From an uncultured delta proteobacterium (GTDB taxonomy: Bacteria > Desulfobacterota > Zymogenia > Zymogenales > Zymogenaceae), in contig CAWBYW010000012.1 of NCBI GenBank assembly GCA_963792965.1, positions 1 through 56,517 of the forward strand: a DNA stretch of 56,517 bases. Direction: 5' to 3'. The position numbers were made by a program, and so were the translations under genes. The notes beneath the pieces were generated by a model. The model made no database searches and had not been told where the DNA came from. It saw only the letters and a program-made list of their open reading frames with translations. Below are positions 32,403 to 44,143 of this stretch, in pieces. Position 1 is the first letter of the stretch, and each line of letters opens with the position of its first letter.

Positions 32403-33590
32403 CTACGCCGGTCTCCGACGAACCGCGTAGCCGTACTGAAGCGGCCAGTTCGGATCCTCTCCCAGCGCCTGCTGGGCCCTGAGGGCCCAGTACGGGTCCC
32501 TCAGCATGCCGCGCGCGATAAACACCAGGTCCGCCGATCCCGACGTGATGATCTCGTTGGCCTGGTCCGGATCCGTGATCAGTCCGACCGCACCGGTCAT
32601 GATGTCTGCCCGTCTGCGGATGGCGGCGGCGAACGGAACCTGGTAGTTCCGTTCCACCGGGATATTCGCCCGGGGGACCAGGGCGCCGCTGGACGCGTCG
32701 ACAAGATCCACGCAGAGGGGCACAAGCTTCCGGGCCAGGGCAACCGACTGCTCGAGATCCCAGCCTCCCTCGACCCAATCCGTGGCGGAAATACGCACGA
32801 AAAGAGGCACATCCTCGGGCAGCGCATCCCGCAGGGCGGCGGCAATCTCCAGCGTCAGGCGCATGCGGTTGGCCGGGCTGCCGCCGTAGTGGTCGGAGCG
32901 GTGATTGCTCAACGGAGAGAGAAATTCGTGAAGCAGATAGCCGTGGGCCGAATGCAGCTCGACGACCTTGAATCCCGCCTCGATCGCCCGTTGTCCGGCG
33001 GCCGTGAATGCGGCGACCACGTGCGCGATGTCCGTCTCGCTCAACTCTCGGGGGACGGGATCACCCTCGTCAAAGGGGACTGGACTGGGCCCGACCACCT
33101 CCCAAGCCCCTTCTTTCTCGGTTTTAAGGCGGGCGCCGCCCTCCCATGGCCGATTACGGCTTGCCTTACGGCCGGCATGGGCAAGCTGAATCCCCGCCAC
33201 CGCACCCATTCGGTGGATGAAGCGGGCCACCCGGGCCAGAGGCTCGATGTGTCGATCATCCCAGATGCCCAGATCACCGGGGGTGATGCGGCCCTCGGCC
33301 GCCACGGCGGTCGCCTCGGTGAATACGAGGCCGGCTCCGCCGACCGCCCGGCTGCCGAGGTGAACGAGGTGCCAATCGTCGGCCATTCCATCGACGGCGC
33401 AATATTGGCACATGGGGGAAACGACGATTCGATTGCGGAGCGCGGCGCCCCGGACCGTGAGAGGGCTCAGCAGGTCGATGTCCGAAACAGTGCGGTCATG
33501 CGCGATACGCGTGACGCAATCGTCCGAGTTTCTGAGGTGCGGCTCAGGTGCGGGGCCTGATTCACCGAGGCTCTTACGTGGGCTTTTCAT
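32403..33590 (-). CDS. NADH:flavin oxidoreductase / old yellow enzyme (YqjM/NamA type)
   Basis: NRIVVSPMCQY, IQLAHAGRKAS, ELHSAHGYLLHEFLSPLSN, RISATDW. Confidence 0.93.
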   Translation of the reverse strand: MKSPRKSLGESGPAPEPHLRNSDDCVTRIAHDRTVSDIDLLSPLTVRGAALRNRIVVSPMCQYCAVDGMADDWHLVHLGSRAVGGAGLVFTEATAVAAEGRITPGDLGIWDDRHIEPLARVARFIHRMGAVAGIQLAHAGRKASRNRPWEGGARLKTEKEGAWEVVGPSPVPFDEGDPVPRELSETDIAHVVAAFTAAGQRAIEAGFKVVELHSAHGYLLHEFLSPLSNHRSDHYGGSPANRMRLTLEIAAALRDALPEDVPLFVRISATDWVEGGWDLEQSVALARKLVPLCVDLVDASSGALVPRANIPVERNYQVPFAAAIRRRADIMTGAVGLITDPDQANEIITSGSADLVFIARGMLRDPYWALRAQQALGEDPNWPLQYGYAVRRRPA

Positions 33591-34139
33591 TCTCGTCCTC
33601 CTTTCGTGTCAATTGACTATTACCGAATAGGCGATCGTGCCTGCTAAGAAATGGACTCTTATCGATTGTCCCGGCGTCCCTTTCTCGTCGGCGAGCAAAA
33701 GATCCTCTCGGCGACACGGTGAGGGAGCGGCTCGGGAACGCTCATCCCGAGGCCGAGGCGGATTGCCATTCCGGAAAATTTGCAGAGCTGACCGATGGCA
33801 TTCGTTGCATGCGCATCACTCTCGCCGGTTGAACGTGGGCGGATGCCGCCGGTAAGATGTTCGAGGACTATGATATCTATATATATCAGAGTTCTTAGAT
33901 AATTACAATCATAAACATCAACGGATTTTTCGAATTTTGTTTACGGATTTCGAAGGTCTCTATCTTTTACGTATTCCCGAGGGTTGGATACTACCTACGA
34001 TAGATCCTGCGGAGCATAAAGATCGTTTGGTCGCGGGATGGTGAATACGAAGGTTTTTGATGTTTTTATGGTTCTATTTAGTATGAGAAGCATCTAAAGT
34101 ACATGGATATATAGGGAAAGTGGACAGGGAGGATAAAAG

Positions 34140-34484
34140 ATGGATGCACCAAGGATATTAAAGAGCACGATTATCGCGATCACGGCGGCCGCGTTGCTGG
34201 CGGCCTTCATTCCCGGCTCTGCCTACGCACAGGGGCCCGGGATACCTCTGCCGGGCATACCGGGTAACAGTTTTCTCCCCGGCATACCGATGCCCAATCT
34301 AAACGATCCGGGGACGGCCAACCTCATAGGCTCCTTCCTCGGCAGCTTTCTGGGCACGGTTATCATAAACAACCAGTACCAGGATCGGGATCGCCACTAC
34401 CAAGACCGCTACAGAGATCGGGGTTATGATTACCGGTACAACGGGCCGTACAACCGGGGATACAACGGCGGGCCGCGCTGGTGA
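34140..34484 (+). CDS. Small secreted hypothetical protein with Tyr/Arg/Gly-rich tail
   Basis: GGAGG RBS, signal peptide ending AYA, Pro/Gly segment, YQDR/YNG repeats. Confidence 0.6.
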   Translation: MDAPRILKSTIIAITAAALLAAFIPGSAYAQGPGIPLPGIPGNSFLPGIPMPNLNDPGTANLIGSFLGSFLGTVIINNQYQDRDRHYQDRYRDRGYDYRYNGPYNRGYNGGPRW

Positions 34485-34682
34485 TAAGGTCGCGGTGACG
34501 GGTAAGGGCGCGGAGCCTGAGAACTGACGACGCACATTCGGCATCGCTCGTTATGACGGCTTTCACGAAAGAAAGCCGGGCCGGACGCTCTTATACCGAG
34601 AGCTTTAGGTGTAAGGGTTCCCGCTATCCGTGTATGCGTGCTCAGGCCTTGGGCTCGGGAGCTCCTGCAGCGGTAGGAGACG

Positions 34683-36326
34683 TTACGGCCTCATGATCTC
34701 TCGATAGGCGATGAAGTCGTCGTACATCCGACGGAACACCTGATATTTCTTCTCATGGTAGTCTTTGACCGGCCCGGCGGCGGGCTCGACGATCGCCCCG
34801 GGCCTCTCCATGGCCGCCATCGCCTCCATGACCGAGGCGAAATCCCCGCTCGCCACGGCTCCGAGGATCGCCGAGCCCAGCAAAACCGCCTCGGGCTCGG
34901 CGCCCGATAGCACCGGGCATCCGGTGATGTCGGCATGCTCCCGGACGAAGACCGGATTTTTCGTGCCACCCCCGCAGGCCACAATCGTATCGATGGAAAA
35001 ACCCCCGGCGTTCATCTCTTCGATGATATGTCGTGTGCCGTACGCGACGGCCTGTACGGTTGCAAGATACAGCAGCGCCAGATCGTCGGCCGTGTCGGAA
35101 AGCGACAACCCGCTGACCGCGCCCCGGAGGGTCGCATCCGCCCGAGGGGAGCGGTTCCCGTGAAAATAGGGCAACACGTGGATGTCCCTCGTCAGGAGCG
35201 CCGGGAAATCCGCATCGCGAGCGAGATCCTCGAGACGATCGTTGAGAAGCTTGTGAACGCCGGAGCCTTTCCGCAGCGCGTCCGTTTTGAGCTTTTGGCC
35301 AATGGCGCGGGAATAGATGACGTGATCGATCAGGGAGCCCGTGGCGCTCTGCCCCCCTTCGGTAAGCCACATCCCCGGGATCATGGCCGACCGGTAGGGT
35401 CCCCAGATGCCCGGGACGAAGAGCGGGGCCTGGCTTACGGCCATATGACAACTGCTGGTACCGCCTATCAGCGCAAGCCTGCTTTCCAATAGCTTTGGGT
35501 CCGGCGTTCGTCCGTCTTTCGACATCCCCAAAAGGCCCAGGCCCCCGGCATGGGCATCGATGATGGATACGCCCACGGCCGTCTGCGGCATGAGACCCAG
35601 CTCGCGCGCGGCTCTCTCGGAGATCCCATTCCCGACGGGCTCTCCCATGGGCCGGACGCGCCTGCCGATACGCTCAAACCGTTCGCCTGCCAGATCACCG
35701 AGCCCCACCTTCACAAAATAGCTTTCGTCCCACCGCTCTTCGTGTCCGAGGTACGTCCATTTGCACACCGTGCTGCAGAGCGACCGCGTCTCGTCACCGG
35801 TGGCCCGATAAGTGAGAAAGTCCGGCAGATCGAAGAACCGGGCCGCGCTCTCCCACGTCCGGGGGAGGTGCTTCTTGAGCCAGAGAAGCTTGGGCGTCTC
35901 CATCTCAGGAGAAATGACGCCGCCCACGTAGTCGAGCACCCGGTGCCCAAGCGCGTTGATCTCGGCGGCCTCCATTAGTGCCCGGTGATCCATCCAGACG
36001 ATAACGTTTTGACGCCGACTACCCGTGGGAGAGACGCTGACCGGCCGGTCCCCTTTGTCAAGTGCGACGAGCGAACAGGTGGCGTCAAATCCAATCCCTT
36101 TCACCGCGGCGGCCGGCGCGTCGGCCCGGGCAAGCGCGGCGCGCACGGACCGGCAGACCGCGGCCCAGATATCTTCGGAGCTTTGCTCGACGAAGTCAGG
36201 CATCGGCCTCCATATCCGAATCGGGTGTTCGGCCGACCCGAGGAGCTTTCCCGATCCGTTGAAGACCCCGGCACGGGCGCTCCCGGTCCCCACGTCGACG
36301 CCGATATAGAGGTTGTCGGCCATCAT
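34683..36326 (-). CDS. FGGY-family pentulose kinase (D-ribulokinase type)
   Basis: [77 protein letters not shown]. Confidence 0.9.
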   Translation of the reverse strand: MMADNLYIGVDVGTGSARAGVFNGSGKLLGSAEHPIRIWRPMPDFVEQSSEDIWAAVCRSVRAALARADAPAAAVKGIGFDATCSLVALDKGDRPVSVSPTGSRRQNVIVWMDHRALMEAAEINALGHRVLDYVGGVISPEMETPKLLWLKKHLPRTWESAARFFDLPDFLTYRATGDETRSLCSTVCKWTYLGHEERWDESYFVKVGLGDLAGERFERIGRRVRPMGEPVGNGISERAARELGLMPQTAVGVSIIDAHAGGLGLLGMSKDGRTPDPKLLESRLALIGGTSSCHMAVSQAPLFVPGIWGPYRSAMIPGMWLTEGGQSATGSLIDHVIYSRAIGQKLKTDALRKGSGVHKLLNDRLEDLARDADFPALLTRDIHVLPYFHGNRSPRADATLRGAVSGLSLSDTADDLALLYLATVQAVAYGTRHIIEEMNAGGFSIDTIVACGGGTKNPVFVREHADITGCPVLSGAEPEAVLLGSAILGAVASGDFASVMEAMAAMERPGAIVEPAAGPVKDYHEKKYQVFRRMYDDFIAYREIMRP

Positions 36327-37840
36327 CGTGCTCCGAGAACTCGCACCCTGAAACCGAGCTCGAGGGAGAGCGCAACCATCTCGCCGAAAATATCCCCATA
36401 GGCCACGGCGGCGTGGTTGCTCGGATAGTGGGCCATGAGGGTGTCGCGGGAGATGCCCATATCCGCTGCCATGAAGGGCCACTGGCGCGTCGTCGACTCC
36501 CACCAGTTGTCCCTGACGTTCTCGGGGAGCTTCACCACCTCTCCTTTTCCCACGTCCATCCAGAACTCATTATCCTTGAGATAGGCCCGGGCCCAGGTGA
36601 CGCGGCCCGGCAGGCTCTCTCCGGCGAAAGTGCCGCCCGGAATCGGGAAATAGCCGGACGGCTGCCGATAGGAGTGGACTCCCGAAAGAGTGCTCACGTC
36701 ATGGTTGAAGGCGTAGGCGGAGCATGAGCCGCTGTTGAGCAATACCCAGAGGAAGCGGCCGTTATGCTCGGCGCCCCACCTCACGTCATGGAACATGACG
36801 CCCTCGGGCATCCCCTTCTTGAGCAGGATCCGTTTCATCAGCTCCATCGGTATAACATTGCCCTGGTCGGCCTCGGTGGAATCCACGATGGTACTTCCGT
36901 TGCCCTCGGGGCGGCAGTTGCTGTTGAGCAGCCCCTCGGCAAAGTCGGAAGGGGGCCTCAGCGGCAGCAGACCCAGCTGGTATTGCCAGCCGATGCAGTC
37001 CGTCTTAAACTCACGGGTGAGGTCAAGGATCGTCAGGTAGTCCCTGAGTTGCTCCTTGGTGGCGTTCTCGTCGAAATCCTCCGCACCTTTCTCACCGTAG
37101 TGGAAAACGACGCCGGCGTCTACCACAAACCGGTACGCGTCATCGATGCGCTTCTTATCTATCCTTTTTCCCCGATCGATGAGCCATGCCTGGTCGACCT
37201 TGTGCTCGGCAAAACCGATCCTGCCCAGGAGCCGCGGTCCAAAGTAGCCGTTTATCATGCCCATGCTCGTATCGCCGAGCATCAGCACGAGTATCCGGCG
37301 CCTGGTGATATCGTCTGCGACCGCTCGGGCGATCGATAATGCCCGATCGTCGACGGCTGCGCTGTGGCCGATCTCATCTGTCGGATAGACGATCGCCCCC
37401 GTATCGCACCACTCTTCCAAACGCGCCATAAAGGCCTCGTCCGCACTCCAGTCGGCGTTGTCCGTCCATATGCGGGAGTGTCTCCGACCGATGGTGTCCA
37501 GACAGGCGGAGGTGTTGAGAAGGCCCACCAGCCCTGGCCAGGTGCCGGAGAAGTTGCTGGCCAAAAGGAGGGGTGTCTCCTTTCCGATGGTGCCGTCGGT
37601 CGTGTGGGGGCCGTAGACCCAGTGGACGAAGAGACCGATGAGCGGATCGTCAACGGGCCCGAGTTTTTCTATCGACTCGTGGGGCCTGGTCAGGAATCCC
37701 TCGATCCGGTAATGACGTTTACCGAGACGATCCAGCGCCGCCTCGAGCCGCCGGGTCGCCTCTGTGATTTCGGGTACGGCGTCCTGGTTCGGCTTCGGGC
37801 GGTAATCGCCGGGCCAGAATATGCCGATCTTAGTGGTCAT
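36323..37840 (-). CDS. L-fucose/D-arabinose isomerase-like protein
   Basis: [39 protein letters not shown] motifs of the FucI-like fold; stop overlaps the kinase start. Confidence 0.7.
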   Translation of the reverse strand: MTTKIGIFWPGDYRPKPNQDAVPEITEATRRLEAALDRLGKRHYRIEGFLTRPHESIEKLGPVDDPLIGLFVHWVYGPHTTDGTIGKETPLLLASNFSGTWPGLVGLLNTSACLDTIGRRHSRIWTDNADWSADEAFMARLEEWCDTGAIVYPTDEIGHSAAVDDRALSIARAVADDITRRRILVLMLGDTSMGMINGYFGPRLLGRIGFAEHKVDQAWLIDRGKRIDKKRIDDAYRFVVDAGVVFHYGEKGAEDFDENATKEQLRDYLTILDLTREFKTDCIGWQYQLGLLPLRPPSDFAEGLLNSNCRPEGNGSTIVDSTEADQGNVIPMELMKRILLKKGMPEGVMFHDVRWGAEHNGRFLWVLLNSGSCSAYAFNHDVSTLSGVHSYRQPSGYFPIPGGTFAGESLPGRVTWARAYLKDNEFWMDVGKGEVVKLPENVRDNWWESTTRQWPFMAADMGISRDTLMAHYPSNHAAVAYGDIFGEMVALSLELGFRVRVLGAR

Positions 37841-37877
37841 CTCTGCTTTCTCCCTTTCTTATTGTCCGCAGTAATCT

Positions 37878-38906
37878 TTATGAGCCGAGGTCGAAGGGCC
37901 CGGACTCCGGCCCGAGCGTCTCGATGTGGACCGGGAGGACCGATTCCCGGGGTCCTCCGCGCCACGAGCCCTCAACGCGATCGATCAACATCCGCGTGGC
38001 CACCCGTCCGATTTCGCGCCGGGGCTGCTGGGCGATAACGACCGGACGGCCCAGAAGGCCCGCGAAGGGGATGCCGTCAAATCCTGCGACGGCGACGTGG
38101 GCGGCGGGCCGCCCGATTTCCATCAGGACCTCGATGACGCCCAACAGGATGCGGTTGTTCGCCGCGACGATGGCGTCCGGCGCGGTCTTTGACTTCATGA
38201 ATTTCTCGGCGGCCAGCCGTCCCGCCTCGATGCTATAGGGGCCGGTTTCGATCAGATCTTCTATCACCGGGAGGTGGGCGTCCGCAATGCCCGCCCGAAA
38301 GCCTTCCATACGCTCCGAGCCGGTCCATGTACCGATCGGGCCGCCGGCGACGGCGATGGTGCGCGCGCCGATTTCGACGAGGGCGGCTACGAGCTGTGAC
38401 GCCGCTAAGCGGTTATCGACCACGACGCTGTCGCACGAGAGCCCGTGAACGCGCCGGTCCACGAGGACCAGCGGGAATTGCTTTTCGAGGAGAAGCGTCA
38501 GCGCGGCGTGGGGATACATGTCCGCGGGGGTCATGATGAGCCCGTCGACCGGACGGGAGCGCAAGAGCGAAAGATAGTCCGATTCCCGATCCTGATTCTC
38601 ACCGCTGGTGGCAACGACGACCCCGTATCCGGCCGCGGACGCTTCGGCCTCACAGGCTGCGGCGATCGTCGCAAAGAAGGGGTTTGCCAGATCCGTGACG
38701 AGGAGACCGAGGGTATCCGTCTTGCTGGTGCGCAGCGCCCGGGCCGAAGGTTGGGACGATAATCGTGCTTTTCTGCGACGCGACAGGATCCGCTGCGCGG
38801 TCTCTTCTCCGATACGGGCGGATTTACCCTTGCCGGCAAGGACGCGGCTGACGGTGGAGGTGTCGACTCCGGCGAGTTTCGCGATTTCCCGCATGGTGAG
38901 CTGCAT
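37878..38906 (-). CDS. LacI family transcriptional regulator (compensating frameshifts near 38760-38780)
   Basis: TMREIAKLAGVDTSTVSRVL HTH, NPFF, VLVDR, AGFDG. Confidence 0.92.
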   Translation of the reverse strand: MQLTMREIAKLAGVDTSTVSRVLAGKGKSARIGEETAQRILSRRRKARLSSQPSARALRTSKTDTLGLLVTDLANPFFATIAAACEAEASAAGYGVVVATSGENQDRESDYLSLLRSRPVDGLIMTPADMYPHAALTLLLEKQFPLVLVDRRVHGLSCDSVVVDNRLAASQLVAALVEIGARTIAVAGGPIGTWTGSERMEGFRAGIADAHLPVIEDLIETGPYSIEAGRLAAEKFMKSKTAPDAIVAANNRILLGVIEVLMEIGRPAAHVAVAGFDGIPFAGLLGRPVVIAQQPRREIGRVATRMLIDRVEGSWRGGPRESVLPVHIETLGPESGPFDLGS

Positions 38907-38919
38907 CTTCTTTTTTCCT

Positions 38920-38937
38920 TGCACAATCGATTGTGCA
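38920..38937. promoter_or_regulatory. LacI-type operator
   Basis: Perfect 18-bp palindrome TGCACAATCGATTGTGCA with central CG, at the predicted transcription start. Confidence 0.8.
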
Positions 38938-38941
38938 TGCT

Positions 38942-38970
38942 ATACTAACACGGCATAACACCGGTGTCAA
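38942..38970 (-). promoter_or_regulatory. Sigma70 promoter of the lacI-isomerase-kinase operon
   Basis: Minus strand TTGACA-17 nt-TAGTAT. Confidence 0.65.
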
Positions 38971-39225
38971 GATCGGTTTTCAAGAAAGTGGGCCTATTTA
39001 CTATCCTTATCGAGACGGTCCGGGCGTGGCCGGGAAAAGAAATGTGTCGGACGGGTCCCGCGATGCGCGCTGTCTATGCCGAAGACCGAGCCCATACCGC
39101 CGATGTGCCGACCACGGTGTATACGGGCGCCGGATAGCGCGGGTCGATTTCCGTAACGGGTCTGTGAAGGCCGGCCCTCTGCCGCCGGGCCGTCGTTATT
39201 CTTACGCTATTGTGGAGGACCGATT

Positions 39226-40385
39226 ATGCTGTTCGACTCAAGAGCGCTCTATCATCTTCCTCGAGGGGTCCAGAGCCGCTGGTCGTCCCCGGAAAACTGG
39301 GAGGGCGCTAAGGGTGCGGGGGGAAAGGAGAACGCCGGGCGCAAAGGGTCTCCCTTCTTTTATCTTCCGGCAAACGAAAAGAAGGTATTGGCCCAGGTTA
39401 AAGGGGAGAGCGGCGTCCTCAGGCGCATCTGGATAACCATCTCCGATCGGACTCCCCGGATGCTCCGGGGGCTGCGCCTCGATATCTATTGGGACGGATC
39501 GGAGACGCCCGCGGTCTCGGCGCCCCTTGGGGACTTCTTCGGCCACGGCCTGGGCCGTATGCGTCCCTTTCAGTCGTTCCTCTTTTCGAGCCCGGAGGGG
39601 AGGAGCTTTGTCTCTACCGTTCCGATGCCTTTCAAGACCGGCATGAGAGTGGTGGTGACCAATGAAAGCGGCACGGACCTGACGCTTTTTTACTATGACG
39701 TCGATTACACCGTCGGGGACGAGCACGCAACCGACGTTCCCTATTTTCATGCCCACTTCAGAAGGGAGAATCCCACGAGCCTGCAGAAGGACTTCGAGAT
39801 CCTGCCGCGCGTCACCGGAGCGGGACGCTATCTCGGGGCGCATATCGGGGTCATCGTCAATAAAGTGGCCTACGCCGCCACCTGGTGGGGGGAAGGGGAG
39901 ATAAAGATCTACCTCGACGGCGATCGGGAGCTCCCGACGCTGTGCGGAACGGGGACCGAGGACTACATCGGCACCGCCTTCGGCCAAGGCCGCTTCGACC
40001 ATCTTTTCCAGGGATGTCCGCTGGCCGACGAGGAGAGGATGCAGTTCTCCTTTTACCGGCTCCATATCCCGGATCCGGTCTATTTCCGAAAGGATATCCG
40101 GGTGACCCTGCAGCAGATGGGGATATGGGAGGTCGAGACAAAAGAGGCGTTGATGCAGTCTTCACCGAAGGTCTTTCGGGCGGGCCCGGGGCTCTTGGAG
40201 GTGGATCTGGCCAAGCTCGGAGACGACTGGCCCATCGGCTATTTCGAGCGCAGGACGATGTGTCCAGCTGTGTCTATTTCTACCTTGACAGGCCGACAAA
40301 CGATCTGGGCCCTATCACGCCGGCCGACAAGAGGATGGAGGGGCTTTTTGAAGACACCGACATGAAGATCCGCGAGGGGATCTGA
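39226..40385 (+). CDS. DUF2961 / glycoside hydrolase family 172 protein (frameshift near 40250)
   Basis: SSPENW.G.KG.GG, IYWDG...P.V.APLGDFF, WWGEGE, GTGTEDY, YRLHIPDPVYF. Confidence 0.88.
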
Positions 40386-40477
40386 CGCCCGAGCAAATTG
40401 GGGCGAAATGGTCTGCGTATATCGCGCAACCGGAACCGCCGTGCGGGTAATCTCATACCATACGCAGAAGGTCGGAT

Positions 40478-41875
40478 GTGAAAAAGGATGTCGAAAAATT
40501 TCCGTTCTGGGGACAGATTCTCTATTCGAGCGGCAGCGTCGGCTTCACCATAGCGGACCGTGTCTGGGTCAGCTTCATGCTCTATTTTTACCTCCCGCCG
40601 GCCGAATCCGGGCTGCCCGAGCTCATCTCCAATAACACCTTCTGGGGATTTTTGACCGTCGCCGGGGTTGTCACCTTCTTCGGGAGATTCGTGGACGCCG
40701 CGGCTAATCCGCTGGTCGGCTACTGGAGCGACAGGAGCGCATCTATGGTCGGCAGGAGAAAGATATTTCTCCTGTACGGAGGCCTTCCGATGATGATCGC
40801 CCTGGCGCTCCTCTTTTTCCCGCCGACCAGGCATGCCAGCGGACTCAACGCCGCCTACATGGCGCTTATGCTGGGGCTTACCCTCTTTTTCTTCACGGTT
40901 TACGTCCTGCCGTTTCTGGCGCTGATCGCCGAGCTCTCCCACACAAATACCGAGCGGATCAACCTCGTCACGATCATTGCCGTGTTCAACCTGGTGGGGG
41001 TCGTCCTCGTGATGATACTCGGCTATCTTCTCTGGGGGGTTCTGGAGAGAGGCGGTATGAGCAAGACGGCCTCGCTGCAGACGACGGTGATCATCCTCTG
41101 CGCCGTGGGGCTGATCTTTTTGTACGTCGCGCTCATCCCCATCGATGAGAAGAAGTACTGCGATGCCACCCCGTCGCAAATCGGGCTCTTCGAGTCTTTG
41201 AGGAAGACATTCACGAACCGAGCCTTTGTCACCTACATCATCGGAAATCTCTGCTTCTGGTTCGGGCTCAACATCATATCTCAAACCGCCACCTATTACG
41301 TGACGGTCCTCCTTGGGAAGGGTGAGGATTTTTCGGGGGTGATATTCGGGGCCGTCTTCGGCGTGGCGCTCGTCTTTTTCCCGATCATCAACCTGGCCGC
41401 CCGCGTTATCGGCAACAAGGCCGTCATGATCATCGCGATCACGCTCTTCTCGGCCTGCAACTTCCTGATCTACTTTCTCGGCACCAAGATGCTCATCCTG
41501 CCCCCCGTGACGCAGGCTCTATTGATATTCGGACTGATCGGGATCCCGGTATCCGCCCTCCTCCTTGTGCCCAACGCCATGATCGCCGACGTGGCCGAGT
41601 ACGACGCTATCCTGACCGGCAGCAGGAGGGAGGCGATGTGCTTTTCCGCCCAGGGCTTTCTGGAAAAGATAAATCTCGGCGCGTCGGCGCTGGTGCTCGC
41701 TTTTCTCCTGTCCCGTTTCGGAAAGGATTTCGCGATGCCGCTCGGGGTGAGGCTCTCGGGGCCAGTGGCCGCGGTGGTGTGTCTGGTGGGCCTGATCGGG
41801 TTTATCTACTATCCCGAAAAGAAGGTGAGGAGCGTCCTTGAAAAGGGCAGGGAAGAGGCGGCTCGTATCGGATAA
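40478..41875 (+). CDS. MFS transporter, GPH (MelB-like) sugar/glycoside family
   Basis: GRFVDAAANPLVGYWSDR...GRRK, PFLALIAEL, AMIADVAEYD...G.RREA. Confidence 0.88.
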   Translation: MKKDVEKFPFWGQILYSSGSVGFTIADRVWVSFMLYFYLPPAESGLPELISNNTFWGFLTVAGVVTFFGRFVDAAANPLVGYWSDRSASMVGRRKIFLLYGGLPMMIALALLFFPPTRHASGLNAAYMALMLGLTLFFFTVYVLPFLALIAELSHTNTERINLVTIIAVFNLVGVVLVMILGYLLWGVLERGGMSKTASLQTTVIILCAVGLIFLYVALIPIDEKKYCDATPSQIGLFESLRKTFTNRAFVTYIIGNLCFWFGLNIISQTATYYVTVLLGKGEDFSGVIFGAVFGVALVFFPIINLAARVIGNKAVMIIAITLFSACNFLIYFLGTKMLILPPVTQALLIFGLIGIPVSALLLVPNAMIADVAEYDAILTGSRREAMCFSAQGFLEKINLGASALVLAFLLSRFGKDFAMPLGVRLSGPVAAVVCLVGLIGFIYYPEKKVRSVLEKGREEAARIG

Positions 41876-41973
41876 CCGCCGCCGACGAACATCCTTTTGT
41901 CTGCCGCCGAGGGAGCCCGTGCCGCCGGACCCACCACAAGCGCGTCAAGGAAAGCATCCGCGCATCGGCTGTG

Positions 41974-42719
41974 TCACGGTCGCGGCCTCTTAGGTCCGTG
42001 CGCGAGAGTATCAATCCTTCGGCTCAGAGGTGGACCCTTACCAATTCCCCCGATCTCTTTTTCCCCTCCGCGAGCTCGGAAAATCTTTTCGGCGACCATT
42101 CGGGGTTCCAGCAGCTCGGATGGGGACATCCCGAGGCCGAGGTCAGCATTCAGCTTCGTCTTGACCGCCCAGGGCAGGACGGCGTATATACGGATGCCGC
42201 TTGTTGCCGTCTCGTCGGCGGCCGACTGAGTCAGGCCGATGACCCCGAATTTTGAGGCGCAATAGGCCGAGAAATTCGCCTCTCCCGCAAGGCCCAGCGC
42301 CGAAGAGACATTGATGACGACCCCCGCCGACTGCTCCTTCATTATCGGGAGCACCTCCCGCATAAAGAGAAACGTTCCCTTCAGGTTCGTATCCAGGATG
42401 TCATCCCACTCCTTTTCGGTGAGCCTCCGAGCTCCTTGTAGGCCGCGATCCCCGCGTTGTTGACCAGGATATCGATTCGCCCGTAGCGGCTCACTGTCCG
42501 CGCGACGATCCTCCCCACGTCCTTCGCCCTGCGGACGTCGCCCACGAGGCCCAGTATCTTTCCGGGCTCACCGACGCGCCGTAAGTAATCGATGGCGTCT
42601 TCGACATGCTCCTTGTGGCGGCAGAAGACGACGACCCGGTCACCGTCTTTCAAGAACTCGGAGGCCGTTTCCAAGCCTATGCCCCGGCTTGAGCCGGTTA
42701 TAATTACTGTACGGTCCAT
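41974..42719 (-). CDS. Short-chain dehydrogenase/reductase (frameshift near 42420)
   Basis: ITGSSRGIG, LVNNAG, NVSS, YCASK. Confidence 0.88.
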
Positions 42720-43052
42720 AGCGTACCATCCTCCGCCAATAGCTGTTATTGATATTCCCGAAAGATTCGGTCCGCCGTTACTTGCCGCGATTCCGTTAAC
42801 CGTGATGCCGTCTTATGAATCGGAGCGGACAAACGCCGGAGGGAGATCGAGCCCCATCCGTGCGCCCGAGCGTTCGTATGCCTGACAAAGCCGACTCTAA
42901 CAACAACTCAATTATACCATATATAACCCTAAGGGATCTTCCGGAGGGCGAAGACCTCCCCATGTCCGCCCGTAAAGAGATACGAATAATAGATGTTTGT
43001 TCACGGCCGTTATCCGTTGGCTCACGTCGACGCACTATGTTTTAAGGATGTC

Positions 43053-43334
43053 TATTGCATCGGGGCAACATGTGCGGCAGGGAACCATGGCAGGAATATT
43101 CCGTTGTTGATATAGTTGGGCCTCTATAATTAATCGTAATCATTGGCATTTACCCGTTCCTTACCAGAAAAGCGGAAAGGATATACAATCATTATGACTC
43201 TGTGTCCGCTTCCCCCTTTCATATTGCACGGGTGAAATGAAGACGGTCCAGAGGGAATTTAGTAAACAATAAGCTATCGGAATTGTTATCTTTTTTGCCC
43301 GTGCCGGAGTCGCAAAGATGGCACGCGTATTGCT
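43053..43334 (+). promoter_or_regulatory. Sigma54 promoter with upstream activator module, copy A
   Basis: TGGCACGCGTATTGCT (-24/-12) at 43319-43334, plus upstream blocks shared with copy B. Confidence 0.75.
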
Positions 43335-43520
43335 ATAAACATTCGTGAGACCGATATCTGAGAATAAAGACCAAAAGCACCACATCTCTATTTCGATCTC
43401 CTTCACGGTATCTTAAGGAAACGAGGAAGATATATGTACGATCGACACACGAGTGCGGAGCATCAGACGGGGATTTCTCCACGATCCAATTACCGACAGA
43501 AGACGAGGGAGGTGGGCACG

Positions 43521-44060
43521 ATGAAATCGATTAACTATGTACAGCGAGAAGAGCGGAACATTGAATCGCTCCTTGAGATGCTTGATCAGTCCACCTTACG
43601 CATCGCCAACGGCAAGGACGTCCCGCCCTATATGCTCAGGGAAATCATCGAGCTTCTTCAGACATATATCGATGGGCCTCATAAAATGAGAGAAGATATG
43701 ATCCTGACGTCCCTCTACGACCGTCGGATGGACGTGCCCATCGAGGAGTGCGACGAGATTCATAACAGCCTCAGCAAGTACGAGCGTTTTCTGCTGAGGG
43801 TCGTGGAGGCATATGACCTCGGATACCATGGATCCAAGAGTGTCTTTGCTCATTACGCCAAACAGTATACGGCCGTCCTGAGACAGTACATCAGGCTCGT
43901 AAACGGACTGCTGGCCAAGTGGGTAGACGGGCAGGAGCAGCGCGACAAGCAGGTCCTCAGGGAACTCAAGAAAATAGACGGCCGCGCTAAAAAAATCAGG
44001 GAGCGCCGCATAATCAGAGTTGAAATACTCCAGAAGGAGTTGAGGACCGTGGCCGCCTAA
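43521..44060 (+). CDS. Hemerythrin (HHE)-like domain protein, degenerate
   Basis: GGAGG RBS; helical pattern of HHE proteins (EE.NI, YIDGPHKMRED, EIH, Y..VLRQYI). Confidence 0.6.
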   Translation: MKSINYVQREERNIESLLEMLDQSTLRIANGKDVPPYMLREIIELLQTYIDGPHKMREDMILTSLYDRRMDVPIEECDEIHNSLSKYERFLLRVVEAYDLGYHGSKSVFAHYAKQYTAVLRQYIRLVNGLLAKWVDGQEQRDKQVLRELKKIDGRAKKIRERRIIRVEILQKELRTVAA

Positions 44061-44109
44061 AGGAGGGGAGGCGGCCCGACGGTCCATATATATTGTTATT
44101 TCCGGCAGG

Positions 44110-44143
44110 AAATAGACGGGGGGCATGGCCCCCCGTCTATTTA
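44110..44143 (+). terminator. Hairpin terminator
   Basis: AAATAGACGGGGG...CCCCCGTCTATTT. Confidence 0.65.
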
